A DNA stretch of 64,000 nt from Acidobacteriota bacterium (GCA_040752275.1 JBFMFH010000002.1:5958-69957), one strand, 5' to 3'. Shown: positions 20,587-34,316, counted from the stretch's first letter. Notes: generated by a model not told the origin, from the sequence alone. Translations and numbers: made by a program.

Positions 20587-21171
20587 ATGTCGCCGCCTGA
20601 CCGACGTCGCCGCTCGCTCACGGTGAAGGTCGTCAGCCAGACGAGACCTCCCTTGCGGGCACCCGGTCTGCGTGCGTGGGTCGAGAACATGGCGCCGGCC
20701 AGGGCCCTGGGTGAGGTGACTGTGGCGTTCGTCACCGACGGGTGGATGCGGCGCCTCAACCGAGAGTGTCGCGGAGTCGATCGGGTCACCGACGTACTCT
20801 CGTTTCAGGCCTCCGAGGCCCCTGCCCGGCACGGCGAACCCCTGGGCGACATCGTGATTGCGTCGGGCGTGGCCAGGCGCCAGGCCAGGCGGGCCAAGCA
20901 CCCGCTGGGTGTCGAGGTGCGCGTGCTCGCGCTGCACGGCCTCCTGCACCTGCTCGGGTACGACCACGAGACCGATGACGGGGCGATGGCCCGATTCGAG
21001 GCCCGCCTGCGCCGACAAGGCGGGCTCGGCACCGGCCTTATCGAGCGGGCCGTATCGCCCAAGGCCGAGACCGTGGGCGAACGAACACGGCAGAACCGGC
21101 CTCGGGGTGGCAGTCGTAGGCCCAGGGCTTCAGACCCGGGCGACAGGCAGACACCGAGGGCGCGGCCGTGA
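20587..21171 (+). CDS. ybeY: rRNA maturation RNase YbeY
   Basis: Zinc motif HGLLHLLGYDH. Has an unusually long basic C-terminal tail. Confidence 0.85.
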   Translation: MSPPDRRRRSLTVKVVSQTRPPLRAPGLRAWVENMAPARALGEVTVAFVTDGWMRRLNRECRGVDRVTDVLSFQASEAPARHGEPLGDIVIASGVARRQARRAKHPLGVEVRVLALHGLLHLLGYDHETDDGAMARFEARLRRQGGLGTGLIERAVSPKAETVGERTRQNRPRGGSRRPRASDPGDRQTPRARP

Positions 21172-22439
21172 TCCCCCTTGGCCTGTTCCTGCTCGCATGC
21201 CTGGCCGTGTATCTGGGCGCGATCGGCGCGGCTTTCGCCGTGCTGATGCGCCTGTCGCTGCGTCTCGTCGCCGAGCGGAGCGGACGGTCGGTGCGCTTGG
21301 GCGTCTATCTGGACGACCCGATTCTGCTGTTCCTGCCGGTCCGGGCCTCTCTCGGGGCCGTGCACGTCCTGGTCACGCTCGGTATCGTTCGTCTCGTCGG
21401 ACTGGGTGGAATCCAACAGGTGCTCGGCGTCATCCTGACGATTGCGGCCTTCGTGCTGCTGTTCGAGCACCTCATTCCGTACCTCATCGTCCGGCGCGAC
21501 CCCGAGCGCGTGCTGGATCTACTGCTGCCGTCCTTCGACTTTCTCGTGCGCGCCATGTGGCCCTTCGTCTCTCCGCTTCGCCTCGTGCTTGCACCGCGCG
21601 TGGAGCGAGAACCCGTACCGGCGGGGATCGACGTCGAAGAACAGCAGGTGGCAACGACCGCGTACCTCCAGGCGGGCGAACAGGAGGGCCTGATCGAGCG
21701 GGACGAGCGCCAGCTCCTGCAATCGATCGTGGATTTCGGGGATACGCTCGTCCACGAAGTGATGACGCCGAGGCCGGACATCGTGGCGATCAGGGCGTCG
21801 GCGACGCTCGACGACCTGCGCGCGTTCTTCCGCGAGCAGGAGTACTCGCGGATTCCCGTCTACACCGACTCGCTCGACGTCATTGTCGGCTTCGTGTTCA
21901 TCAAGGACCTCATGCGGCTTCGGGCCGACCAGCCGGGGGACGCGCCGGTCACGACGCTCGTGCGCCCGGCCCACGTCGTGCCTGAGACCAAACGGGTTTC
22001 CGAGCTGCTGCGCGAGTTCCAGCAGCAGCAACTGCAGATTGCGATCGTGGTCGACGAGTACGGCGGCACCGCGGGCCTGGTCACCCTCGAAGACCTGCTC
22101 GAGGAGATTGTGGGCGAGATCCGCGACGAGTACGACGTCGAAACCGAGTCGATCGTCGAAGAGGACGGCGGCGTCTTCCTGGTGACGGGCAAGGCTGATG
22201 TCGACCGCGTGGCCGAGCGGCTGGGGATTCGCATCGAGGTCGAGGGTTTCGAGACCTTCGGTGGCTACATCCTCGCGCGCCTGGGCCGCGTGCCCGGGAC
22301 CGGCGAGGTGTTCGACATCGACGATCTCAACGTCGAGGTCGTCGATGCGGAGCGCCGCCGCGTCATTCGGCTGCGCGTGCGCCGCCGCCCGGCCGAGGTC
22401 TCGGGTGCCGGGGTAGCGGCAGGACCATCCGGGACATGA
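21168..22439 (+). CDS. hemolysin-family / CNNM (DUF21)-CBS-CorC_HlyC membrane protein
   Basis: N-terminal TM helices, then a CBS pair (VHEVMTPRPDIVAI...), then the C-terminal FLVTGKADVDRVAERLGI domain. GTGA overlap with ybeY. Confidence 0.85.
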   Translation: MIPLGLFLLACLAVYLGAIGAAFAVLMRLSLRLVAERSGRSVRLGVYLDDPILLFLPVRASLGAVHVLVTLGIVRLVGLGGIQQVLGVILTIAAFVLLFEHLIPYLIVRRDPERVLDLLLPSFDFLVRAMWPFVSPLRLVLAPRVEREPVPAGIDVEEQQVATTAYLQAGEQEGLIERDERQLLQSIVDFGDTLVHEVMTPRPDIVAIRASATLDDLRAFFREQEYSRIPVYTDSLDVIVGFVFIKDLMRLRADQPGDAPVTTLVRPAHVVPETKRVSELLREFQQQQLQIAIVVDEYGGTAGLVTLEDLLEEIVGEIRDEYDVETESIVEEDGGVFLVTGKADVDRVAERLGIRIEVEGFETFGGYILARLGRVPGTGEVFDIDDLNVEVVDAERRRVIRLRVRRRPAEVSGAGVAAGPSGT

Positions 22440-23326
22440 GATGCGGCCTGGTTGCGCTCGTCGGCCGGCCCAACGCAGGGAAGTCGACCTTGCTGAACAG
22501 GTTGGTCGGGACCAAGGTGGCCATCGTCTCGGACAAGCCGCAGACCACCCGTAACCGCATCGTTGGCGTGCGCAACGCGCCCGGTGCGCAACTCGTGTTC
22601 GTCGATACCCCCGGCATCCATCGGCCCCTCCACCGGATGAACGTGCGGATGGTGGACCTGGCCGTCCAGAGCATGACCCAGGCCGACGTCGTCTGCGTCG
22701 TGGCCGATGCGACCGGCGCGATCGGCGGTGGCGACACCTACCTGGCCGACCTCGTGAGTCGGGTTCCGGCCCCGGTCGTGCTGGCGCTCAACAAGGTCGA
22801 CCTGGTCGAGAAGCCGGCCCTGCTGCCGCTGATCGACCGGTGGTCGGGAATGGCTCGCTTCGCCGATCTCGTGCCAATGTCGGCTCTGACGGGAGAGCAG
22901 GTCGATCGGCTCGAACAGGTGCTCATCGGGCACTTGCCGGAAGGCGAGCCGTTCTACCCGGACGACTACGTAACTGACCAGCCGGAGCACGTATTTCTGG
23001 CCGAAATCGTCCGCGAGAAGGTCCTGGCCCACACCCGGGACGAGCTGCCGTTCTCGTCGGCGGTGCTGGTGGACCACATTGATGAAGCGGACGAACGGGG
23101 CCTGGTTCGCGTCTACTGCACGATCTTCGTTGAGCGGGACTCCCAGAAGCCCATCGTCATCGGCCGGGGCGGGAGCATGATCCGGCTGATCGGCACGGAG
23201 GCCCGGCAGGAGATGGAGCGGGTGCTCGCCGCCCGGGTCTTCCTGGACCTGCGCGTGAAGACCAAGGCCGGCTGGCGAGAGGATTCCCGCCTGCTGGATC
23301 AGCTTGGCGTGGTCGAAGAGGACTGA
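22436..23326 (+). CDS. era: GTPase Era
   Basis: G1 GRPNAGKST, G3 DTPG, G4 NKVD and a C-terminal KH domain. ATGA overlap with the upstream gene. Confidence 0.95.
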   Translation: MRCGLVALVGRPNAGKSTLLNRLVGTKVAIVSDKPQTTRNRIVGVRNAPGAQLVFVDTPGIHRPLHRMNVRMVDLAVQSMTQADVVCVVADATGAIGGGDTYLADLVSRVPAPVVLALNKVDLVEKPALLPLIDRWSGMARFADLVPMSALTGEQVDRLEQVLIGHLPEGEPFYPDDYVTDQPEHVFLAEIVREKVLAHTRDELPFSSAVLVDHIDEADERGLVRVYCTIFVERDSQKPIVIGRGGSMIRLIGTEARQEMERVLAARVFLDLRVKTKAGWREDSRLLDQLGVVEED

Positions 23327-23333
23327 CGCGGGA

Positions 23334-23339
23334 TAGAAT
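23334..23339 (+). promoter_or_regulatory. -10-like GGATAGAAT upstream of recO
   Basis: TAGAAT lies 30 nt before ATG 23370. The same GGnTAGAAT string recurs at 38871, 52632 and 61281. Confidence 0.3.
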
Positions 23340-23369
23340 GGCCCCTGACCCGTTGTTGTCCGCCTGGCG

Positions 23370-24134
23370 ATGCCGCTCTATACGACCGAAGCGCTCATCC
23401 TTCGCACCTACAAGCTCGGCGAAGTCGATCGCATCGTCGTGTTCCTCACCGAGGATCGGGGCAAGCGCCGCGGCGTGGCCCAGCGCGCGCACGGGCCGAG
23501 GACCCGTTTCGCGGGCGCGCTCGAGCCGATGACCCGGGCCGGCGTGGCGTACTTCGAGAAGGAACGGCGGGAGCTGGTGGCACTGAACTACGCGGAGCCG
23601 ATTGCATCGCCCTTGAGGGCGCCCCGGGGCGGCGGGATTGAGTACGCCGGGTATTTCGCGGAACTCATTGATGAGTGGGCTCCTGAGGCCGACCCGAACG
23701 AGAAGTTGTACCGGCTTGGCTGCGGCGTCGTGGACGCCATGACTCACGGTGTGCCGATCGAGCCGCTGGCGCGGTACTTCGAGTACTGGCTCCTGCGGCT
23801 GCAAGGTGTCTACCCGTCGACGACGGCCTGTGCCGGATGCGGTGGTCCCCTCGGACGCGATGCCCGCGGCGGTGCGGTGCTTGGCGCCGGGGACAGGCAC
23901 TACTCGTGCCCGGCTTGCGTGCGGCCCCGCGGAACCCGGGCGCTGGTGCTCTCGAGCGAGGCGGTCCGGTTCATCGGCGCGCTCGGCGGGCTCGCTCCGG
24001 TAGCCGTTGGGCAACTGGGCGCATCGGAGCAGGCGATTCGCGAACTCGAGGCGGCGCACCGGGAGCTGATTGCGACGCACCTCGAGAAGGAACTGAAGTC
24101 GGTCCGCGTTCTGAGGGAACTGCGCGGGCACTGA
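23370..24134 (+). CDS. recO: DNA repair protein RecO
   Basis: N-terminus TEALILRTYKLGEVDRIVVFLTEDRGK (OB fold) and a Cys4 zinc motif CAGCG...CPAC. Confidence 0.85.
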   Translation: MPLYTTEALILRTYKLGEVDRIVVFLTEDRGKRRGVAQRAHGPRTRFAGALEPMTRAGVAYFEKERRELVALNYAEPIASPLRAPRGGGIEYAGYFAELIDEWAPEADPNEKLYRLGCGVVDAMTHGVPIEPLARYFEYWLLRLQGVYPSTTACAGCGGPLGRDARGGAVLGAGDRHYSCPACVRPRGTRALVLSSEAVRFIGALGGLAPVAVGQLGASEQAIRELEAAHRELIATHLEKELKSVRVLRELRGH

Positions 24135-24156
24135 CCCGTAACCCTGGCAACGGCCA

Positions 24157-25053
24157 TTGAGCATTCAGACCTTTCAAGACCTCATCTCGACGCTCTCGCA
24201 GTTCTGGGCCTCGCGCGAGTGCCTCGTCCAGCAACCGCTGGACCTCGAAGTCGGAGCCGGCACCTCGAGCCCCGAGACGCTGCTGCGGGTCCTGGGCCCG
24301 CGACACTGGAACATCGCCTACGTCCAGCCGTCGCGGCGGCCCGACGATGGGCGGTTCGGGGAGAATCCGAACCGCCTCTTCAAACACCATCAGCTCCAGG
24401 TCATCCTCAAGCCCTCTCCCGACGAGGTCCAGCGCATCTACCTCGACAGCCTCGAGGCGTGCGGAATCGACCCGCGCGTTCACGACATCCGGTTCGAAGA
24501 GGACAACTGGGAGTCACCGACGCTCGGGGCCTGGGGTATCGGTTGGCAGGTGATGCTCGACGGCCAGGAGATCACGCAGTTCACGTACTTCCAGCAGGTC
24601 GGAGGCCTCGATCTCAGCCCGGTTCCCGTGGAGATCACGTATGGCCTGGAGCGGATCGCGATGTTCCTCCAGAAGGTGGACAACGTCTACGACCTGCAGT
24701 GGGGACACGGCGTGACCTACGGCGACGTCAGGCTCCGGGACGAGATCGAGCAGTCGAAGTACTCCTTCGGGGCCGTGGACATGCCGCGCGACGAGTTCGT
24801 GGCCCTGCACCGGAGTCTCTTCGACAGGTACTTCGACTTCTCCCAGGTGCTCGTGCAGTCCGGGCTGGTGCGCCCCGCGCTCGAGCACTGTCTCAAGTGC
24901 TCGCACCTGTTCAACGTCCTGGATGCGAGCGGCGGGATTGGCGTCACCGAGCGGACGGCCTATATCCTCCGGGTCAGGCAACTGGCTGTGGCCATCGCTC
25001 GGACGTATGTCGAGCAGGAGACCCGCGCCGCGGGGGAATCGCCGCGCGCGTGA
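24157..25053 (+). CDS. glyQ: glycine--tRNA ligase subunit alpha
   Basis: (TTG)[17 protein letters not shown]...[20 protein letters not shown]. Confidence 0.95.
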   Translation: MSIQTFQDLISTLSQFWASRECLVQQPLDLEVGAGTSSPETLLRVLGPRHWNIAYVQPSRRPDDGRFGENPNRLFKHHQLQVILKPSPDEVQRIYLDSLEACGIDPRVHDIRFEEDNWESPTLGAWGIGWQVMLDGQEITQFTYFQQVGGLDLSPVPVEITYGLERIAMFLQKVDNVYDLQWGHGVTYGDVRLRDEIEQSKYSFGAVDMPRDEFVALHRSLFDRYFDFSQVLVQSGLVRPALEHCLKCSHLFNVLDASGGIGVTERTAYILRVRQLAVAIARTYVEQETRAAGESPRA

Positions 25054-25121
25054 CGTCGCCGGCCGCGAGGCTCGATCGTGCGGCGTGAACGCCGGCGAGC
25101 TCCGGAGGTCATTGGTACGGT

Positions 25122-27368
25122 ATGGATCGCGAACTCGTCATCGAAGTCGGCTGCGAGGAAATCCCCGCCGGCTGGCTGCCGTCGCTGACCGCGCAGATCG
25201 GCGAGCGGACCGCCGCTCGGCTCGCCGCGGCCCGCCTGGACAGGCAGTCGCCGGTCGAGACCTTCAGCACGCCCCGGCGGTTGACCGCCCGCGTGGCCCA
25301 GCTGGCCGAGCGGCAGGCCGACCTCGAGGAGCTGCTGATGGGGCCCGCCGTCCGGGCGGGCTTCGCGGCTGACGGATCGCCGTCGGCGGCCGCGGCCGGG
25401 TTTGCCCGCAAGCAAGGGGTGGACGTCGGGGATCTCGAGCGGGTCGAGACGCCCAAGGGGGAGTACCTGGCCTTCCGGAAGAAGGTCCGCGGAAGGCCCG
25501 CCGCCGACGTGCTGCCCGGCGTCCTGGCCGGCGTCCTGCGCGATCTGTCGTTCCCGAAGCAGATGCACTGGGACGCTGAACTGGACGACGGCCGCGGCGA
25601 ACTCCTGTTCGGCCGGCCCATCCGCTGGATTCTGTTCCTGTACGGCGGGCGTGTCGTTCCGTTCGTCATCGGCCGCTCCGGCGCGGCCCAGTCCCCCCTG
25701 GTGCAGGACATCCGTTCGTCGGCGGTCACCTTCGGGCACCGCTTCCTGACGACAAGCGGACGACCGGGCCGTGCCCTCAAGGTGCGCTCGTTCGACGAGT
25801 ACCGAGCCAGGCTCAGCGAGAACTTCGTCATCCTCGACCGCGGGGAGCGACATGCGAAGATCGCCCGCGAGCTCGACGCGCACGCGAAGCGGCTGGGCGG
25901 ACGCGTGAGCACCGCCGCCGCCAGGGAATCGCGGCTGCTGCAGGAGGTGCCCGACCTCGTCGAATACCCCTCGGTGCTGGACGGGGCGTTCGCGCCCGAG
26001 TTCCTCGAACTGCCCGAAGAAGTGCTGGCGACCACGATGATTCATCACCAGCATTTCTTCCCTGTCGTCGACGAAGGCGGCCGGCTGCTGCCGGCGTTCC
26101 TGGCCGTCGTCAACACGGAGCCGCCGGACCGGACGATGATGGCGCGGAACTTCGAGCGCGTCCTGGTTGCGCGACTGCGCGATGCCCGCTTCTTCTGGGA
26201 TGCCGACCGCCGCGTGCCGCTCCGATCCCGGATGTCGCGGCTGGACACGGTGCTCTTCCACAAGCGGCTGGGATCCTACCGGGCGAAGGCCGAGCGCATC
26301 GAGCATCTCGCCGGATGGGTTGCCGGCGAGGTGCTGGGTGTGCCGGAGGCCGTGGACCACGCGAGAGAGGCGGCCCGGCTGGCCAAGGCCGACCTGGCGA
26401 CCGACATGGTGCGCGAGTTCACCGAGCTGCAGGGCACGATGGGGGGCATCTACGCTCGGGAGGAGGGGCGGCCCGCGGCGGTGTGGCGGGCCGTCTATTT
26501 CCACTACCTGCCCGTGGCCGTGGAGCCGGACGCCGCGCCGGCCCGGGCCGACGTGGCCGGTGCCGAGCCCGTGTGGGCGGCCGTGGCCATGGCCGACAAG
26601 CTCGACACCATCGTCGGGCTGTTTGCGGCCGGCGAACGTCCGACAGGGACGCGCGATCCCTTCGGATTGCGCCGCCAGGCGCACGGCCTGCTGCGGCTCA
26701 TGGTCGATCTTCCCGAGCTGACGGGCCTCGACGTGGCCATGCCCGTCGATCGCCTGCTCGACGAGTCGCGGGCCAGGATCGGTGAGTTGCCGGCGGACGA
26801 CCGGTCGGATCTCGGGAATCTCGTCGAGGATCCACCAGCCTGGAAGCCGGCCGCCACGGCCTTCCTCGTCGAGCGATTGCGCTACCTGTTTGAGCAACGC
26901 GGCTACGGCCACGATGAGTTGAACGCCGTGTTCGCCGGCCGGACCGGGGTGCCCGATCCCATCGACGTGCGGCGGCGCCTCGAGGGTCTGAAGGCCGTCC
27001 GCGGTTCCGCCGACTTCGAGGCCCTGGCCGTGGCGTTCAAGCGCGTGAAGAACCTGTCGCGCGAGCTGAAGGGGGAGCCGGTCGATCGGCTCGACCGGCT
27101 CACCGAGCCAGCCGAACTCGCGCTGATGGCCGAATTCGATTCCCGATCGACGGCGATGAGGCAGGCCATCGCCGCGCGGGCGTACGAACACGCCTGCCGT
27201 CTGGCGTCGGGGTTCCGCCCGGTGGTCGATCGATTCTTCACCGACATCTTCGTCATGGTCGACGACGAAGAGCTGCGGACCCAGCGGCTGAGCCTGCTGC
27301 GGCGGATGCACGAGCTGCTGCTCGAGCTGGCGGATGTTTCCGAGATTGCCCCCGAGACGGAGTCATAG
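25122..27368 (+). CDS. glyS: glycine--tRNA ligase subunit beta
   Basis: LVIEVGCEEIPAGW N-terminus, 748 aa, directly after glyQ. Confidence 0.9.
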   Translation: MDRELVIEVGCEEIPAGWLPSLTAQIGERTAARLAAARLDRQSPVETFSTPRRLTARVAQLAERQADLEELLMGPAVRAGFAADGSPSAAAAGFARKQGVDVGDLERVETPKGEYLAFRKKVRGRPAADVLPGVLAGVLRDLSFPKQMHWDAELDDGRGELLFGRPIRWILFLYGGRVVPFVIGRSGAAQSPLVQDIRSSAVTFGHRFLTTSGRPGRALKVRSFDEYRARLSENFVILDRGERHAKIARELDAHAKRLGGRVSTAAARESRLLQEVPDLVEYPSVLDGAFAPEFLELPEEVLATTMIHHQHFFPVVDEGGRLLPAFLAVVNTEPPDRTMMARNFERVLVARLRDARFFWDADRRVPLRSRMSRLDTVLFHKRLGSYRAKAERIEHLAGWVAGEVLGVPEAVDHAREAARLAKADLATDMVREFTELQGTMGGIYAREEGRPAAVWRAVYFHYLPVAVEPDAAPARADVAGAEPVWAAVAMADKLDTIVGLFAAGERPTGTRDPFGLRRQAHGLLRLMVDLPELTGLDVAMPVDRLLDESRARIGELPADDRSDLGNLVEDPPAWKPAATAFLVERLRYLFEQRGYGHDELNAVFAGRTGVPDPIDVRRRLEGLKAVRGSADFEALAVAFKRVKNLSRELKGEPVDRLDRLTEPAELALMAEFDSRSTAMRQAIAARAYEHACRLASGFRPVVDRFFTDIFVMVDDEELRTQRLSLLRRMHELLLELADVSEIAPETES

Positions 27369-27373
27369 ATCCC

Positions 27374-30157
<2,784 letters not shown>

Positions 30158-30166
30158 AGTGGCGCC

Positions 30167-31129
30167 ATGGTCGACATCTACGTCCATCGCAACGGTCGCA
30201 CCACCCGCGAGACGACCCTCGACCCCGCGTGGCTGCGCCCGGATGCTGGCGCAGTCACGTGGGTCGATTTCGTTGACGCCACGGGCGATGAGTTCGGTCT
30301 GCTCGCCGACCCGTTCCGCTTCCACGCCCTCTCCATCGAGGACGCGACGGCGGAATCCCACCATCCGAAGATCGAGACCTACGACGGCTACCTCTATGCG
30401 ATCCTCCACGGGATCGACTCAACTGCCGAGGAGCTCGCGACCCACGACGTCGACTTCTTCCTCGGACCGAACTACCTGGTCACGGTGCGCGACGGACGGT
30501 CACGCTCGTTCCCCGAGGTGGCCGGGATCTGCCTCCGGAACGAACGCGTGCTCGCTGAGGGACCGGCGGCGCTCATGCACAGGCTGCTCGACACGATGGT
30601 CGACCACTACGGCCCGGAGGTCGATCGAATCGAGGAACGGCTCGACGCGCTGGAGGACGCGATCCTCGAGTCGGTCGACAGCCGCGAGACGACGCGCCAG
30701 ATCCTGGCGTTGAAGCGGGAGGTGACCGCACTTCGCCGCGTGATCCTGCCGCAGCGCGACGTGATGGGGCGACTGGCCCGCCGCGAGTTCGTCCAGGTCA
30801 GCGATGAGGTCGCGTACCGGTTCCGCGACGTACACGACCACGTCGTCCGCGTGGCCGATGAAGCGCTCCTGTTCCAGGACCGCATCACCGCCATGTTCGA
30901 GGCGTATCTGTCGAACGTGTCGAACCGCCTCAACGAAGTGATGAAGTTCCTCACGATCCTCTCTACCGTATTCCTTCCGCTGACCGTCCTCACCGGCGTC
31001 TACGGGATGAACGTGGTTCTGCCGCACCTGCCTGGCGGCGACGGCGCGCAGTTCTGGTGGGTGCTCGCACTGATGGGTCTGCTTTCAGCCGGGATGCTGG
31101 GGATCTTCCGCCGCAACCGGTGGCTGTAG
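30167..31129 (+). CDS. corA: magnesium/cobalt transporter CorA
   Basis: YGMNV (GMN) motif between two C-terminal TM helices. Confidence 0.9.
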   Translation: MVDIYVHRNGRTTRETTLDPAWLRPDAGAVTWVDFVDATGDEFGLLADPFRFHALSIEDATAESHHPKIETYDGYLYAILHGIDSTAEELATHDVDFFLGPNYLVTVRDGRSRSFPEVAGICLRNERVLAEGPAALMHRLLDTMVDHYGPEVDRIEERLDALEDAILESVDSRETTRQILALKREVTALRRVILPQRDVMGRLARREFVQVSDEVAYRFRDVHDHVVRVADEALLFQDRITAMFEAYLSNVSNRLNEVMKFLTILSTVFLPLTVLTGVYGMNVVLPHLPGGDGAQFWWVLALMGLLSAGMLGIFRRNRWL

Positions 31130-31133
31130 CGAC

Positions 31134-32918
31134 ATGGGCCGAATCACGCGCCTGTCCCCGGAACTGGCGAACCAGATCGCGGCCGGCGAGGTCGTCGAGC
31201 GTCCCGCCTCCGTCGTCAAAGAGCTGGTTGAAAACAGTATCGATGCCGGTGCCACGCGCACCGTCGTGGCGGTCGAGATGGGCGGCAAACGCCGGATCCG
31301 CGTGGAAGACGACGGGTCGGGCATGGAGCCCGGCGACGCCCGCCTCGCACTCGAGCGGCACGCGACGAGCAAGATCGCACGAGCCTCGGATCTCGAAGCC
31401 ATTGCCACCATGGGGTTCCGCGGCGAGGCGCTGCCGTCGATCGCGTCGGTGTCGCATTTCGTCCTTCGCACGCGCCCGGCGGACATGGTTGCCGGCACGG
31501 AGATCACCGTCAACGGCGGCACTCTGGCGTCGGTGACCGAAGTCGGCATGGCGCCCGGGACCATTGTCGAGGTAGACGATCTCTTCTACAATCTCCCGGC
31601 TCGGCGCAAGTTTCTGAAGTCAGACGTTGCCGAGACCACCCAGGTCTCGCGCATGGTGACGCTGCTTGCCCTTGGGCATCCCGAAATCGGCTTCACCCTC
31701 ACCAGCGGCCCGCGGACGCTCGTGCAGTGCCCGCCGGTGGCCAGTGTGGCGGATCGGTTCTACCAGCTCTACGGCGATCGGAAAGACCTCGTGCCGGTCC
31801 GCACCGAGGCGGGTGGCCTCCGCGTGTTCGGCTACGTGGCGGCGCTCACCGAGCAAGGACCGGTCCGGGGCGTCCAGCAGTTCTTTGTCAACCGGCGGAT
31901 CGTCAGGGATCGGACGATTGCCCACGCCGTCAGCGCCGCGTACGCGAGCGCCACCGCCAAGGAGCGCAGTCCGGAGGTGTACCTGTTCCTGGAGCTGGCG
32001 CCCGACACCGTGGATGTGAACGTGCATCCCACGAAGGCCGAGGTGCGATTCCGTCACCAGTCGCTCGTGCACGAGGTCGTGCGCAGGGCCGTACAGGAAG
32101 CGGTGGGGGAGGGGCCGGCCCCCGAGCTCACCCTGGCGGCGCCCGCCGGCGGGGCCTCACCCGCCGCCAGCCTGTCGCTGCCCAACCTCATGTCGGCCTT
32201 CCAACGGACCGAGACCAGTCCGGGGAGGCCGGCGAGCCCGCTCATGCCCCCGCCACCTCCGTCGCTCGGCGGTCCCGCGGTGAGGTTCGAAGACCGGGGC
32301 GCCCAGGGAGTCGGCCGCGAGCCGGCGACGGCCGTGCCCCTCAAGCCGCTGGTGCCATTGGGGCAGTTCCGGAACACGTACATCATCGCCGTCGACGAGG
32401 AGGGGATTGCCGTCATCGACCAGCACGTGGCCCACGAGCGCGTGCTCTACGAACGCGCCATCGCCAGGCTCTCGTCGGGCGCCCTCGAGAGCCAGCGGTT
32501 GCTCACGCCGCTGCTGCTGGACGTGCCGCCCGAAGCGCGTGAGGTCCTGCTCGGCCACACCGGTGAACTGCACCAGTGCGGCTTCGAGGTCGAGGACTTC
32601 GGGCCCTCCAGCGTCAAGGTGACGGCTATGCCGGTTCTGCTCGGGCGCGATGAGGGCGCCGAAGCGCTCCGGGCCCTGTCGGCGGATCTCGAGCGGCTCG
32701 GCGGCCGCGCTCCCGTCGAAGATCACCTGCGCCAGATCGCCGCGACCATGGCCTGTCATGCCGCCGTCAAGGCACACGACCCGCTGACCCACGAGAAGAT
32801 GGTGCACATTCTCGAAGAACTCCGCGAGACCGCCTACTCGACCGTCTGCCCGCACGGACGGCCGGTCATGCTGCGGCTGTCCCGCCGCGAAGTCGAGAAG
32901 AACTTTCAACGGATCTGA
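31134..32918 (+). CDS. mutL: DNA mismatch repair endonuclease MutL
   Basis: IAAGEVVERPASVVKELVENSIDAGA GHKL ATPase motif and C-terminal CPHGRP. Confidence 0.95.
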   Translation: MGRITRLSPELANQIAAGEVVERPASVVKELVENSIDAGATRTVVAVEMGGKRRIRVEDDGSGMEPGDARLALERHATSKIARASDLEAIATMGFRGEALPSIASVSHFVLRTRPADMVAGTEITVNGGTLASVTEVGMAPGTIVEVDDLFYNLPARRKFLKSDVAETTQVSRMVTLLALGHPEIGFTLTSGPRTLVQCPPVASVADRFYQLYGDRKDLVPVRTEAGGLRVFGYVAALTEQGPVRGVQQFFVNRRIVRDRTIAHAVSAAYASATAKERSPEVYLFLELAPDTVDVNVHPTKAEVRFRHQSLVHEVVRRAVQEAVGEGPAPELTLAAPAGGASPAASLSLPNLMSAFQRTETSPGRPASPLMPPPPPSLGGPAVRFEDRGAQGVGREPATAVPLKPLVPLGQFRNTYIIAVDEEGIAVIDQHVAHERVLYERAIARLSSGALESQRLLTPLLLDVPPEAREVLLGHTGELHQCGFEVEDFGPSSVKVTAMPVLLGRDEGAEALRALSADLERLGGRAPVEDHLRQIAATMACHAAVKAHDPLTHEKMVHILEELRETAYSTVCPHGRPVMLRLSRREVEKNFQRI

Positions 32919-32920
32919 GA

Positions 32921-32944
32921 CCAGGGACCCGGGGGCCAGGGACC
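32921..32944. repeat. CCAGGGACC direct repeat (two copies, 15-bp period) in the convergent spacer mutL/rarA
   Basis: ccagggacc at 32921-32929 and 32936-32944. Confidence 0.5.
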
Positions 32945-32957
32945 GGATCCCGGCTCC

Positions 32958-34316
32958 CTACGTATCCCTGCCCTTCCGTCGCTCCTCCTTGAGCGCTCTC
33001 CACCCGTCCAGCCGCCGCTTCAGCTCCTTCTCGAACCCCCTCGTTGTCGGCTCGTAGTAGGTGCGGCCACGCAGGGCCGGCGGCAGGCATTCCATGCCGG
33101 TCACGGCGTCGCGATCGTCGTGGGCGTACTCGTAGCCCCTGCCGTAGGCGAGGTCCTTCATCAGTCGCGTCGGAGCATTGCGCAGGTGCAGCGGCACGGG
33201 CTCGGCCTTGTCGTGATGTGCATCGTCGGCCGCGCGGAGGTACGCCGAGTAGACCGCGTTGCTCTTCGGTGCGGTGGCCAGATAGGTCGCAGCCTGGGCG
33301 AGGGCCGTGTTGCCCTCCGGCATGCCGATGAAGTGGACGGCGTCCTTGGCGGCGACTGCGACCTGCAATGCCTGCGGATCGGCATTGCCGACATCTTCGG
33401 AGGCGAACCGGACAAGCCGCCGGGCGACATACAGTGGATCCTCGCCGGCCTCGAGCATCCGCGCGAGCCAGTAGACCGCGGCGTCTGGATCGCTGTTGCG
33501 CAGCGACTTGTGCAGCGCGGAGATGAGGTTGTAGTGCTCCTCGCCCGCGCGATCGTAGAGCAACGCGCGACGCTCGATGGACTGGCGCAGAAACCCCTCG
33601 TCCACCACGTGCACGCCGTCGACGATGGGCGCGGAGAGGGCGGCGAACTCGAGCAGGTTCAGCGCCACGCGGGCGTCGCCGTTGGCGTAGTTCGCCATCG
33701 CGTCGAGCGCGCCTGGCGTAACCTGCAACGACAGTGCGCCCAGCCCCCGTTCGGGATCCGCGAGCGCCCGCTCGAGCAGCGCCCGCAGGTGCGCCGGCTC
33801 GAGCGCCTGCAGCACGAACACCTGCGAGCGCGAGAGCAGGGGAGCGTTCACCTCGAACGACGGGTTCTCGGTGGTGGCGCCCACGAGGATGATGTCGCCC
33901 GCCTCGACCCGAGGCAGAAACGCGTCCTGCTGCGCCTTGTTGAACCGGTGGATCTCGTCGACGAAAAGGATCGTGCGGCGGCCCAGCCGCTGCCGGACGC
34001 GCTGGGCCTCGGCCATGACGGCCTTGATCTCCTTGATGCCAGACAGCACGGCGCTGAACGCCACGAAGCGCGCCTTCGTCGTCTCGGCAATCAGCAGCGC
34101 CAGACTGGTCTTGCCGCTGCCGGGCGGGCCCCAGAGGATGACGGACTGCAGCAGGTCCCGCTCGATGGCCTCCCGCAGCGGGCGCCCGGGCCCCAACAGA
34201 ACGTCCTGGCCGACGTATTCGTCGAACGCGCGCGGGCGCATCCGCTCGGCCAGGGGCGCCCGCGAAGGGGGGCCGTCCTCGCCAGGCTCGTCGAATAGCC
34301 GGAGATCGTTTGTCAT
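32958..34316 (-). CDS. rarA: replication-associated recombination protein A (AAA+ ATPase)
   Basis: The true start MTNDLRLFDE at ATG 34316 overlaps (ATGA) the stop of the upstream methyltransferase. Walker A GPPGSGKTS. The 192 R/G-rich upstream codons were rejected. Confidence 0.9.
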   Translation of the reverse strand: MTNDLRLFDEPGEDGPPSRAPLAERMRPRAFDEYVGQDVLLGPGRPLREAIERDLLQSVILWGPPGSGKTSLALLIAETTKARFVAFSAVLSGIKEIKAVMAEAQRVRQRLGRRTILFVDEIHRFNKAQQDAFLPRVEAGDIILVGATTENPSFEVNAPLLSRSQVFVLQALEPAHLRALLERALADPERGLGALSLQVTPGALDAMANYANGDARVALNLLEFAALSAPIVDGVHVVDEGFLRQSIERRALLYDRAGEEHYNLISALHKSLRNSDPDAAVYWLARMLEAGEDPLYVARRLVRFASEDVGNADPQALQVAVAAKDAVHFIGMPEGNTALAQAATYLATAPKSNAVYSAYLRAADDAHHDKAEPVPLHLRNAPTRLMKDLAYGRGYEYAHDDRDAVTGMECLPPALRGRTYYEPTTRGFEKELKRRLDGWRALKEERRKGRDT